Assembly: GCF_011386835.1 (NCBI RefSeq) | Contig: NC_088791.1 | Location: 357,120,001 to 357,184,000 of the forward strand | From: Chrysemys picta bellii | Taxonomy: Eukaryota | Length of the DNA: 64,000 nucleotides | Direction of reading: 5' to 3' | Shown: positions 49,403-60,778 of the stretch, piece after piece | Numbering within the stretch: position 1 is the first letter of the stretch | Layout of the letters: each line of letters begins with the position of its first letter | The notes under the pieces: generated by a model | Told to the model about the DNA's origin: nothing | Databases searched by the model: none | Seen by the model: the letters and a program-made list of their open reading frames with translations, nothing else | Position numbers and translations under genes: made by a program

Positions 49403-49899
49403 ACTGTCTAGTGCTAGTTTGTTAATCTGAATGTCATGTGGTACTAGGTCAAAAAATCTGCAATGCTCTAAGTCTGTTCCATCTTCCCAATTCCCTTTAT
49501 CAGCCAAACTTGTTATTGCCCCAAAAAGGCATGAATTGTAGTCCCACCCTTTAATTCTTTATTGACTAAGTCCCCTATCTGCTTTTCCATTGTTATGCCC
49601 AAGACTGATGTCAAGCTACCAGGCAAAAAAAAATGGAAAGAATAGCTGGCTGAACCCAAGTGTAGGTTGGTTACCCCACTCCTGGGATAAAAGGAGTGAG
49701 AGCGGCTGAGGGAGGCTGGCTGGATAACTGGCCACAGCTGTGAGTAAGGAGCCGTGTGAGTCTCACTCCAGCCCTGGAATGAGAAGGCCCTAGCTGCCTG
49801 GGAGAGACAGCAGGAAGTGCTCCGAGGCTGGACTGAGCTAATTCCTGGACTGACCAGCAGGAGACGCTGCGGCAGTGAGTAACCGCCGTGTTACACCAA

Positions 49900-50530
49900 G
49901 GAAGAGAGAATTGATACTGGTGGGCAGAGCAAAGCATTTTGAATAGTTGGAAGCTACGGTGCAGAGTCCTTTGACTGAAGGGTCACACCCACAATAGGGC
50001 AATTCACTCTGTAGTCTAGGAGGGCTCTTGGATGCCTTCCTGATGCTGAGCTCTCTCATGGTAGCATCTGTGAGTACTGCTTTCTACCATCTCCGGTTAA
50101 CTAGGAGACTCTGTCCCACCCTGGGGGACGATGTCCTGGCCTCAGTTATATAGACTTTAGTCACTCCTGTCTGGACTGTAGCAATGCAGTATACCTGGGC
50201 ATGACGCCTTCACTGCTTATGAAACTCCAACTAATACTGAAGGCTGCAGAGAGTCTCTTCAGCAACACAGGTTACTGTAAGCACATCAGACCTGTCCTCT
50301 GTGCTCTACAGTGGCTTCCCAGAGAACATCACGTCAAGTTCAAGGTCTTTGTCCTTATCTTCAAGGTACCCAAAGGCCTGGGGACTCACAGACCCTACAG
50401 TTCAAGCAACTGCACTTCTCTGGCACAATGGGGCTCTCGACAGCGGGGGTAAAGCTCACCTGTGCAGGAGCCAGAACTTTCTCAGGGGGCCAGTGCAAGG
50501 CTGCCCCAGGTACTCAATGAGCTCCATCAC
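49900..50530 (+). mobile_element. L2-clade LINE fragment, inverted paralogue of 11100-11530
   Basis: GCAGAGCAAAGCATTTTGAA...GAAGGGTCACAC.CACAATAGGGCAATT matches the reverse complement of 11410-11500. Confidence 0.65.
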
Positions 50531-51267
50531 TTAACGAGGAGAAGGTTATGGAGTACCATGATTGCATTCTATCAACATTTATAATGGGAAACAGAAACTT
50601 GATAATAGGGGGCTCGTAAAACTAGCAGGCAAACATCAAACGAGTCGGTGGCTGGACATTGAAGGTAGACAAATTGAGACTAGAGACAAGCAAGGATCAT
50701 GGTGTGTCTCCGTCACTGGCCACATTTCAGTCAACATGGGATGTTTTTCTCAAAGATCTGCTCTAGTTCAAACAGGAATTGATCCAGGGCTGTACTACGA
50801 CCTGTGCAATGCAGGAGGTCAGAGCAGATGATCACAATGGTCCCTCCTGGTCATATAATCTACAAATCTCTCTAGAGTCCCCTGCAAGGATAATATTTGT
50901 GTGGGACTCATTCTGTGTCCTTGTCACACCCCGGGTGCCACATTTTGATTGTGGGCAGGTTGAAATGAACACAGGAAATCCAAAGCTCAATGATGCTTGC
51001 CACGGATAGGAAATGAACTTGACTGCCTGTGATTCATTGTGCACCCCTACGTCTCTCTATATAACACTCCCAGTGTCCTTCAGTGCATGAACCAAACCAT
51101 TGTGTTTGTGGTGCTTTGTATCTATAATTCCTGGTGCACTGATTATGCGCTGAACTCCAGTGTGCGACTGGAGACTGGAATGGGCCATCTCCTGCTCCAT
51201 CCCCACTGGCCTGAGGCACTGAAGGCTTCTGTAACTGTCCAAGTTTGCAGGTTGGGCTCATTAGCTG

Positions 51268-51598
51268 TGTGAGGGGACTGTCAGCCGCTAACTAAAACTT
51301 AGTGAGGATTTTTGGTTGGCCCACTCCGAGTACCAAAAGGAAGGGGGAGGGTTGACGAGAATCCAGAACCCTGAGACTGACAGCCCCCAGCAGGAATGGG
51401 GAGAGGCCAACAGTACAGGGCAGCCTGATTGACAGGGCAGGCAGGCCAATGAGGGAGTCAGAAGGCTGGGGCTGCCTGGCCGGAGCAGGGCTGTAAGGGA
51501 GAGCAGGGGCCCGAGCTGAGCAGAGAGCAGAGCCACTGCCAAAGGCAGAGAAGCAGCACAGGGAGATGGAGATGGAGCTGGGGCTGAAGCAGTCTGGA
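51268..51598. mobile_element. LTR terminal fragment (family of 45723-46947)
   Basis: Starts TGTGAGGGGACTGTC, at the same host junction (CTCATTAGCT...TGTGTGAGGGG) as 34230 and, inverted, ~8910. Confidence 0.65.
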
Positions 51599-52092
51599 GT
51601 TTCCATGGAGCTGTGTTCTAGTTGGGATGTTTTCCCCTGGCACATGTCTTGGCAAAGGTTTGGGTTTTTTTCCACTCTCAGATTTTCAGTAACTAGGGCC
51701 TGGTCTACACTAGGCGTTTATGTCGAAGTTAGCGCCGTTACATTGAATTAACCCTGCGCCCGTCCACACTGCGATGCTATTTAGTTCGACATAGAGGTCT
51801 CTTTAATTCGACTTCTGTACTCCTCCCCGACGAGGGGAGTAGCGCCAAATTCGACATGGCCATGTCGAATTAGGCTAGGTGTGGATGGAAATCGACGCTA
51901 ATAGCTCCGGGAGCTATCCCACAGTGCACCACTCTGTTGACGCTCTGGACAGCAGTGCGAGCTCGGATGCTCTGACCAGCCACACAGGAAAAGCCCCGGG
52001 AAAATTTGAATTGGAATTCCTTTTCCTGTCTGGCCAGTTTGAATCTCATTTCCTGTCTGGACATCGTGGCGAGCACAGCAGCACTGGCAACG

Positions 52093-54139
52093 ATGCAGAG
52101 CTCTCCAGCAGTGATGGCCGTGCAGTCTGTGAATAGAAAGAGAGCCCCATCATGGACTGATCGGGAAGTCTTGGATCTCATCGCTCTGTGGGGCGATGAG
52201 TCCGTGCTTTCCGAGCTGCGATCCAAAAGACGGAATGCAAAGATCTACGAGAAGATCTCTAAAGACATGGCAGAGAGAGGATACAGCCGGGATGCAACGC
52301 AGTGCCGCGTGAAAATCAAGGAGCTGAGACAAGGCTACCAGAAGACCAAAGAGGCAAACGGACGCTCCGGATCCCATCCCCAGACATCCCGTTTCTACGA
52401 GGCACTGCATTCCATCCTCGGTGCGGCCGCCACCACTACCCCACCAGTGACCGTGGACTCTGAGGATGGGATAGTGTCCACGGCCGGTTCCTCCGACATG
52501 TTAGGGGACGGGGAAGATGAGGAAGGAGATGAGGAGGGCGAGGCAGTCGGCAGCGCTCACAACGCTGATTTCCCCGACAGCCAGGATCTCTTCATCACCC
52601 TTACAGAGATCCCCTACGAAGCGTCCCCAGCCGTTACCCCGGACACAGAATCTGGTGAAGGATCAGCCAGTAAGTGTTGTAAACATCTAAACATTTATTT
52701 TTAACAAAACAGGAATATTAACAATTAAAAGAATGGGTTGTTCATGATTAGTGTGCCCTATGCGCTTAACGGTTTAGTCATGGGCAGTGCAAGTTTTGAA
52801 AAAAAATCTAGCAATGTCCGGTTTTCAGTGATTGTCCTGCACAAGCCGCTCTACTGTTTATTCCCTGCTACTGCAGCTACAGTAAAATGCGGTCTATATG
52901 TCCGGGGATAGAGCAGTAATCCTCCTGGGATATCTCGATGAAGCTCTCCTGGAGGTAATTTGAAAGCCGTTGCATGAGGTTCCTGGGGAGAGCGGCCTTA
53001 TTGGGTCCTCCGAAGTACGACACGTTGCCGCGCCACGAGACTATCACGTACTCGGGAATCATTGCTCTGCATAGCAGGGCGGCATACGGCCCTGGTCTTT
53101 GGAGGCTTTCCCGGAGCATTCTCTCTCTGTCGCTCTCAGAGATCCTCATCAGGGTGATGTCGCCCATGGTGACCTGCTTTGAATTAGGTAGGGGAATGTT
53201 AGTGTTGGGACTGCTTTCCCGTTCCTTGACAGAACTGTAACCGCTGGTTTGTAGCCACGCGGTGGAGGCGGGAGAGGGGCAGCCGAAAGAGATCGTTCCC
53301 GGGGAAAGCCGCGAGGGGGTGGGACAGGGGCAGAGTTCCCGCTTGCCGGATTGCTGGCTGCAGGAACTGACATAGCTTTAAATGTGAAATGAGGCCAGTG
53401 CTAATATAAAAGTTTTAAACTGCCACAAGTGTACGGCTCACCATGTCTGCCTGCAACAGAAATTCCGTTGTGCTGCCCCGCTTCTCAAATGTGCTGTGCA
53501 AGACCCCAGGCACTGAATGCGAAGGCTGAAAATTCGACCTTGTGCTGAGTGCGCATGTGATAGGTGCTGTGCATGGTCTTGTTCACAGAGAAAGACTATG
53601 TTCTTTGTTCACAACTACATTTTTCTTTCTGAGGAATTCACTCCCTTTTTCCCATTTCCACAGCCCCATCTGCGACTGTCTCACAACCTAGCCTGGAATC
53701 ACACTCCCAGAGGCTAGCGCGGATTAGGCGTAGGAAGAGGAGGACACGGGAGGACATGTTCTCTGAGCTTATGGCCTGTTCCCAAGCCCAGGCAGCACAG
53801 CAGACCCAGTGGCGGGAGAACTTGACCCGAATGCACCAAGCCAACATGGATCGGGAGGAGAGGTGGCGGCAGGAAGACCAGCAGGCGACTCAAACGCTGC
53901 TTGGACTACTGAGGGAGCAAACGGACACGCTCCGGCGCCTTGTGGATGTTCTGCAGGAACGGAGGCAGGAGGACAGAGCCCCGCTGCAGTCCATCTCTTA
54001 CCGCCCTCCCCTGCCACCAAGTCCCATACCCACCTCACCCAAAGTGCAAAGAAGGAGAGGCGGCAGAGTCCCTGCTAAGTCTCACTCCACCCCTGCAGAG
54101 AGCTCTAGTAGCAGAAGGCTCTCATTTCCCAAAATTTGA
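52093..54139 (+). CDS. Harbinger Myb/SANT-like DNA-binding protein, two exons (52093-52669 and 53664-54139), predicted 350 aa
   Basis: WTDREVLDLIALWGDE...YEKIS..M.ERGY.R.ATQCRVKIKELR. Donor GTAAGT at 52670 and acceptor TTTCCACAG at 53663 join in frame (577+476 nt). The product has an acidic linker, a basic RIRRRKRR stretch and a coiled-coil-like tail. AATAAA at 54211. Confidence 0.85.
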
Positions 54140-54888
54140 AAAGTTCTTTCCTTCCCGCCTGACACAAGCCCCCGTCCAAGTTTCACCTCCCAATGCCATG
54201 TGTAGTTGATAATAAAAAATACGTTTCTGTAAACTACTGTTTCAATCATGTTCTTTTGGAGGAGGATGGGAAAGGGGGTTGGTAATTGGACAGGACAGTC
54301 ACCTTTGGCAGGGTACATAGTCGGGGGCAGGCACAGCAGCAGGGCACATACACAGTGCAGTGATGCAGTGACTAGTTACCCTGGTTAGTCTGGGAGGTTG
54401 TTTTCATGTTATGTGGTGGGGGGTGGGTTGCTCTGTGACTTTGTGGCAGGGGAGGGCAGTTACAGATCTTAAGCGGCGGTCCTTAGGCAGGATCACAGAG
54501 CCACAAGCAGGGGATCTGTAACCGTCCTCCCCCTGCCACAAAGTCACATAGACCCCCCCATACACACAGTCCCGATCAGGAGGGGTGACAGGCTCCGTTG
54601 AAACAACCATCCCACCGCAGTGGAGCCTGTCGATCCTTGAGTTTAGAAGCTGCATTCGCGTCACTACACTACACCCGCTCCGCACCACAGTCTGCATCCC
54701 AGTTTTAAAAAATTCCCGCGAAAACAGTATTAAAGAAAACGGTGTGCTTTAACAAAGTTGAACTATTTTTATTTCGAAACGTGTGTTGGAAGGGGGGTGA
54801 AGGGGGTATGTAACTGGATAGGATAGTCAACATTAACTGGGTAAAGAAACGGGGGCAGGTTTAGCTTCTCAGTACACAAACTTTAAAG

Positions 54889-56172
54889 TCACAGGTTACC
54901 CTGCTCACTCAGGAACTTTGCTTTCAAAGCCTCCCGGATGCACAGCGCTTCCCGCTGGTCTCTTCTAATCGCCCAGCTGTCTGGCTGTGAGTAATCAGCA
55001 GCCAGGCTATTTTCCTCAACCTCCCACCCCGCCATAAAGGTCTCCCCCTTGCTCTCACAGAGATTGTGGAGCACACAGCAAGCTGCTATAACAATGGGGA
55101 TATTGGTTTCGCTGAGATCACAGCGAGTCAGTAAGCTTCTCCATCTCCCCTTGAGACGGCCAAAAGCACACTCCACCACCATTCTGCACTTGCTCAGCCG
55201 GTAGTTGAAGAGTTCTTTTTCAGTGTCCAGGGCGCCAGTATAGGGCTTCATGAGCCAGGGCATTAGCGGGTAGGCTGGGTCCCCGAGGATCACTATAGGC
55301 ATCTCCACATCCCCAACAGTTATTTTGTGGTCCGGGAAGTAAATACCTTGTTGCAGCCGTCTAAACAGACGAGAGTTCCTGAAAACACGAGCATCATGAA
55401 CCTTGCCCGGCCATCCCACGTAGATGTTGGTAAAAGGTCCCCTGTGGTCCACCAGTGCTTGCAGCACCATGGAAAAGTAGCCCTTTCGGTTAATGTACTG
55501 GGTGGCCTGGTGGTCCGGTGCCAGGATAGGGATGTGAGTTCCATCTATGGCCCCACCGCAGTTTGGAAATCCCATCACTGCGAAGCCATCTATGATCGCC
55601 TCCACGTTTCCCAGGGTCACTACCTTTGGCAGCAGTACATCAACGATTGCCTTGGCTACTTGCATCACAACAACCCCCACGGTAGATTTGCCCACCCCAA
55701 ACTGGTTCGCGACTGACCGGTAGCTGTCTGGCGTTGCAAGCTTCCAGAGGGCTATGGCCACTCGCTTCTGTACACTCAGTGCAGCTCGAAACCGGGTGTC
55801 ACTGCGCTTCAGGGCAGGGGACAGCAACTCACAAAGTTCAAGGAAAGTTCCCTTCCGCATGCGAAAGTTTCGCAGCCACTGGGATTCATCCCAGACCTGC
55901 AGCACTATGCGGTCCCACCACTCAGTGCTTGTTTCCCGTGCCCAGAATCGCCGTTCCACGGCATCAACATGACCCATTGCCACCGCGATGTCCTCGGCGC
56001 TGGGTCCCGTGCTTTCTGACAGGTCCGTGCTACTCTCAGACTTCAGGACATCACCGCGGTGCCGTAGCCTCCTCGCCTGACTTTTCTGCATCTGCCTCAG
56101 GGAAACCTGTATGATAAGCTGCGAGGCGTTGAGAGCGGCCACAACTGCAGCGATGGTCACAGCGTGCTCCAT
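54889..56172 (-). CDS. Harbinger DDE transposase (HARBI1-like nuclease family), 427 aa, intact
   Basis: GAIDGTHIPI, SMVLQALVD, GWPGKVHDARVF, LGDPAYPL, FNYRLSKCRMVVECAFGRLKGRWRSL. Minus-strand AATAAA at 54768-54773. Confidence 0.93.
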   Translation of the reverse strand: MEHAVTIAAVVAALNASQLIIQVSLRQMQKSQARRLRHRGDVLKSESSTDLSESTGPSAEDIAVAMGHVDAVERRFWARETSTEWWDRIVLQVWDESQWLRNFRMRKGTFLELCELLSPALKRSDTRFRAALSVQKRVAIALWKLATPDSYRSVANQFGVGKSTVGVVVMQVAKAIVDVLLPKVVTLGNVEAIIDGFAVMGFPNCGGAIDGTHIPILAPDHQATQYINRKGYFSMVLQALVDHRGPFTNIYVGWPGKVHDARVFRNSRLFRRLQQGIYFPDHKITVGDVEMPIVILGDPAYPLMPWLMKPYTGALDTEKELFNYRLSKCRMVVECAFGRLKGRWRSLLTRCDLSETNIPIVIAACCVLHNLCESKGETFMAGWEVEENSLAADYSQPDSWAIRRDQREALCIREALKAKFLSEQGNL

Positions 56173-58177
56173 GCTCGCAGTTCTGTGGCGTCCGCGCTGT
56201 CAATGACTGGAAAAGTGCGCAAAATGATTTCCCGCTGGCGCTTTCAGGGAGGGAGGGCGGGAGTGATGGACGGATGACGACAGTTACCCAAAAGCACCCT
56301 CGCCACATTTTGTTACCCAGAAGGCATTGCCGGCTACACCCAGAATTCCAATGGGCAGAGGGGACTGCGGGAACTGTGGGATAGCTGACCACAGTGCACC
56401 GCTTCGAATGTCGACGCTTTCACCGTTAGTGTGGACGCACAAAGTCGAATTACTGTCCTTAGTGTGGACACACACGTTCGACTTTGCAATATCGACTACA
56501 AAAATTCGATGCAAGTAAAATCAAACTACTCTCGTAGTGTAGACAAGGCCTAGGTGAATGGGAAACTCTCTCAGTGGCTCTAATGTCCCAGCTGCTTGCC
56601 CTGCTAGAGCCTGGGTAATGCCCCTTGCTTAGGTGGCTAACAGCTCTCGCACCATCGTGGGATGAGAACATGGTGTGATGCTGTATGATTGAATAATGAC
56701 CAGATGTATCATTGTTGCTACCACTGTTATACAATTGCAACAAATATTGTACAGAGTATGTCCTGCCAGGTGTCAATGGGAAAGTTACGATTTGCTAAAT
56801 AGGTTTTTCCTGTTTACATGCAACTAAAGCAGAGTTACACAAGGTAAGGGAGAGCCAAGTGCTCCCACCTGTCTGTCTGGTGCAGCTGCTACTCACTGGC
56901 CCGTTCTCTCTAGCCCCAGTTTTGTTCCCCCAAACATGTGCCCTGCTATTGAAGGCCCAGGATATACTTCTAACAGCCAGGGCAGGGCAGTGCATTTCAC
57001 TGTCTCACACCCACTCAACAGCCTATGTAACCCCCCATTCTTAGTGCTGTTACTCCCCCATCTCCCCACCTGCCCCCTTTCCTGTTTCTTACACACAGTA
57101 GCTGTGTCTTGTCTGAATTTGATTTATAAGCTTCTTCGGACACGGGCTGTTTCTCCTTCTGTGTTTGCGAAGGGCTGAGCACAAGGGGTCCTGAAGTGGA
57201 GCAGGGCCTCTGGAGGTTTCCAAAATACAAATAATGGTCATGAATAATCAAGAAAATAATCCAGGTAAATCAGGGCCTGGCCCCTCCTTTTTACCGGATT
57301 GGACAGGAGAATTCATACAGTCTCATTTCAGTGTTTAAAAACCCAGGTGCTCAGCACTGGAGAAAAACCCCGATTAGCCAGACGAGCAGGCAGAGAGTTC
57401 AGCTGTGGGAATCCAAGCACCCTCCAGCCTGGGCAGTCCTGGAAAGACTGACTCAGCCTGGAACATTAGATTTCAATTCCACCTGGGAGAGGCTGGAAAA
57501 TGAACTGAGGGAGAGAACAAATCCAATGCAAACACTAATCTAGTTTCTATCCAGCCTACAGGGCCCCCCTTTTTCCAGGGCAGCAGTGAGGGGAGGGCCA
57601 GGCCTCTGTCCCCAGGTCAGGCCCCCTGGCTGCCCTCTATCCACAGGAGTATTCTGTTGGTGTTATTTTTCCTGAGTCTGTTGCCCCAGAGTGACCCCAG
57701 TGACTGTGATGCGTTGGCAGGTTTCTGAGTGGCAGTGGAAGTGGAGTCCTGGAGTTCACACCTCACAGGTGTTGGGAGCTCACAACTTCCAGCTAGTTCT
57801 GAAAACCTCAGATTCAGCTTCAGACTATGGCGAAGGCTCAGGATCCCTCTTCCAGCCTTTCCTCTGCATCCCACCCAATGAACAGTCCCTACCAGAGCGG
57901 GAATCCATTTCCCTCTTGGTGTGACGGAGAGACCGTGGTTAAGGCAGGGCAGTCAGATCTCCTGGGTTCTGTATCTCATTCTGACACTCAATCTCTGTGT
58001 CAATTCATGTTGCCCTGGACAATTCATGTCACCCTGTGCCTCAGTTTACCTATCTGTATAATGGGGATATGTTCATAGTCACTTTCCTTTGCTAAGTGTT
58101 TTCAAGATCCTTCAGTTAAAGGTGCTGTACAACATGATGATAGTTACTCATGAGAATTACAGATCCCTGATGCCTTA

Positions 58178-58463
58178 GGGTACGTCTATACCCAGCCGCT
58201 AGTTCGGCGGCTGGCAATCGAACTTCTGGGTTCGAGTTATCGCGTCCTGTCTGGACGCGATAAGTCGAACCCGGAAGTGCTCGCCGTCGACTGCGGTACT
58301 CCAGCTCGGCGAGAGGAGTACCGCGGAGTCGACGGGGGAGCCTGCCTGCCGCGTGTGGACCGAGGTAAGTTCGAACTAAGGTACTTCGAACTTCAGCTAC
58401 GTTATTCACGTAGCTGAAGTTGCATACCTTAGTTTGATTTGGGGGTTTAGTGTAGACCAAGCC
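58178..58463. mobile_element. Young CpG-rich Harbinger MITE, 286 bp, unit D specific
   Basis: Termini GGGTACGTCTATAC / AGTGTAGACCAAGCC, TTA TSD on both sides, and a single TTA at the empty site in unit C (36202-36204). Confidence 0.88.
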
Positions 58464-58709
58464 TTAGAGACAGTCCAGTGTGCCTGCAGAAAGTACTTGT
58501 GTCTCCCCTCACTCATCATTCTCCAGATTTGTCTGTCTAATATCTACCCATCCCTCCTAGATATCCATAGGGTATCAGGCCCTATGGAGATCTTGGCATT
58601 AGCCCTGTTTTCTTCCTGATTAACTATACATTTAGATATACACAAACACACAGAGCAGCCAATTAGACACTGAGGACAGAGCCCAAGAGATCTCATCTCC
58701 CTTTGAGAG

Positions 58710-58990
58710 GTCGCTTAATTACTGTTTACTCCTAAAGCTGGATAAATAGCACAGAAGTGCAGGCATGCTTGTCTCCAGCCTGTTTACATCCAGATAGTCC
58801 TTCTCTACTAGAGGCTGAGCGAACCCCCCCTGGGATTGCACAGAGCTATATTATAAACAGCACAAACCCCTGTATCAGCTCTCGGCATGGGATGCTGCTG
58901 CAGATGCTGGGCTGAGAGAGGTGTGGGACACGGCTACCTGAGGGGGATTCCCAGGGAAGACACTTCCATCTCAGAATTCACAGGTACCCA
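58710..58990 (+). promoter_or_regulatory. Candidate OR promoter and 5' non-coding exon, unit D
   Basis: TAATTA 58716-58721, CCCCTGGGA ~58827-58835, TATATTATAAA 58847-58857, ATTCCCAGGGA 58947-58957, CAG|GTACCC 58981-58989. Confidence 0.55.
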
Positions 58991-60645
58991 TCTCTTGCTG
59001 AGGAGCTCACCTGATCAACAAACCCAGGGCTCTGGCTGTTCCCTGACTTTTATTTGCTGGAAAACTTGGAGGTGCTATGGTTCCTCACTGCGGCAATTAT
59101 AAGAATTCGTCAGCATAGGCAAGACATCTTCTCTCCTAGCTTCATTCAAGAAGACATCGAATTGTAATGCCTGAATCTTAAAAAAAAAAAAATAAACAAT
59201 TTGGCCATAAGCAGATGCCCAGTGTGGTAAATTTCAATCCAAACGCTTAGAGTTTGGCAAACTCATACGCAATTAAAATGACGACTTCTAATGGAAGGTG
59301 TCAGCCACCTAACTAAAGGTGGTGCCACCAGCACCACTTTCAATGGCCAATCCACTTGTGAATCCCATTCAGCTAAGTTCTTTGCTCCAATAATGTCTGT
59401 GGCAAGGAGTTCTACAGGCAAAATAGGTGTAATGTAAACCATTTTCTGTTATTACTGTGATATGTTCAGACTATCAATGTAATTGAATGTTCCCTTTTCG
59501 TGTGTTATGAGACAGAGTAAATGTAAATGCTTCATCTAGTTTCTTTATCCACCGATACATAGGGTTCTAGTCCAGAAAGGCCAATGATGTCCAGTCTGAC
59601 CTCCTGTATAACGCAGGCCATTAAATTTCACCTAGTTGGCCATGGATTGGGCTCCATAACTTGTGTTTCACTGAGCCCTCATGTACAATAGGATTTTACA
59701 TCATAGAACCAGAGAGCCACAGGGTGAGAAGGCTCCACAAGGGTCATGTAGACTAACGGCCTGCCAAGAAGCAGGATTTGTTGCATCCAGGACAGATGAC
59801 TGTCCAGCCTCCTTTGGAAAACCTCCAGCAAAGGAGCTTCCATGTCCTCCTGAGGCGACTGTTCCATTGCCCTCCTGTTCTGACTCTTAGGAAGTTTTTC
59901 ATGAGATTTCATCTAATTCTGCTGTGCTGTAGTTTGACCCCATTGCTTCTTGCCTTGTGCTAAGTGGAAAGAGAGAACATTTCTCCATCTCTTTTATGGC
60001 ACCCTTTCAAGTGTTTCAAGACTGCTACCATGTCCCCCTCTAATCTCCTCTTTCCAAACTAAACACACCCAGTTCCTTCAGCCTTTTTTTCATATGGGTG
60101 GTATTCCATACCTTGGATAAGCTTTGTCTGTCACCTTTGGATCTTTTCCAGTTTTTCTACATCCTTTCTGTCCACTGGTACCTGGAACTAGACACAAAAC
60201 TGCAGCTGAGGCCAGACCAGTTCCGACTAGAAGAATACTATCACCTCCTATGACTTGCATGTTATGCTCCTGTTAATGAAACCCCAAACTGCATTTCTGT
60301 GGGGTTTTTGCAATAACAAAAAAAAATCCACAACCATGAAAGATGGACCTATAGCAACCTAACCCCGGAGTAGACAGCATGAGATCAACATAAAATTCTT
60401 CCCTTGACCTAGCTACCACCTGTCTGGGAGGTGGATTAACTACGCATCCTGGAGAACCCCAGCTGTCCTTGTAAGTAGTGTCTACACTGAAGCCCTACGG
60501 TAGCTGTAGCCTTTTAAGTGTGGACAAGCCCTCAAGCAGATCTTCCAGAAAAGCATTGAGACTTTATCTGACATGTAGAGCTTGGGAATGCATCACTTCC
60601 CTTTGCAGTTTGTTCCAATGGTTAATCACTCTCAGTGTTTATTCT

Positions 60646-60778
60646 CAAGTATCAGAGGGGTAGCCGTGTTAGTCTGGATTGGTAAAAAGTGACAAAGAGT
60701 CCTGTGGCACCTTATAGACTAACAGAGGTATTGGAGCATGAGCTTTCCTGGGTGAATATCCAATTCGTCAGACACATG
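60646..60778. mobile_element. Penelope-like terminal repeat with a decayed hammerhead motif on the minus strand
   Basis: Starts CAAGTATCAGAGGGGTAGCCGTG, with a 12-bp TSD AGTGTTTATTCT (60634-60645 and 60779-60790). Confidence 0.8.

Larger units (their letters stand above)
51697..56550. mobile_element. Full-length, apparently autonomous PIF/Harbinger DNA transposon, 4854 bp
   Basis: TIRs GGCCTGGTCTACACTA / TAGTGTAGACAAGGCC (15/16), TSD TAG (51694-51696 and 56551-56553), a single TAG at the empty paralogous site (~1605-1625), and two convergent genes. Confidence 0.95.

Noticed and set aside
49600-49895. Possible additional LTR ending TGTTACA
   Set aside because: No matching 5' terminus or TSD could be identified by eye.
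52877-53373. Minus-strand ORFs inside the Harbinger intron as a third transposon gene
   Set aside because: Short, with no recognisable motifs, and the two-exon Myb model is complete without them.
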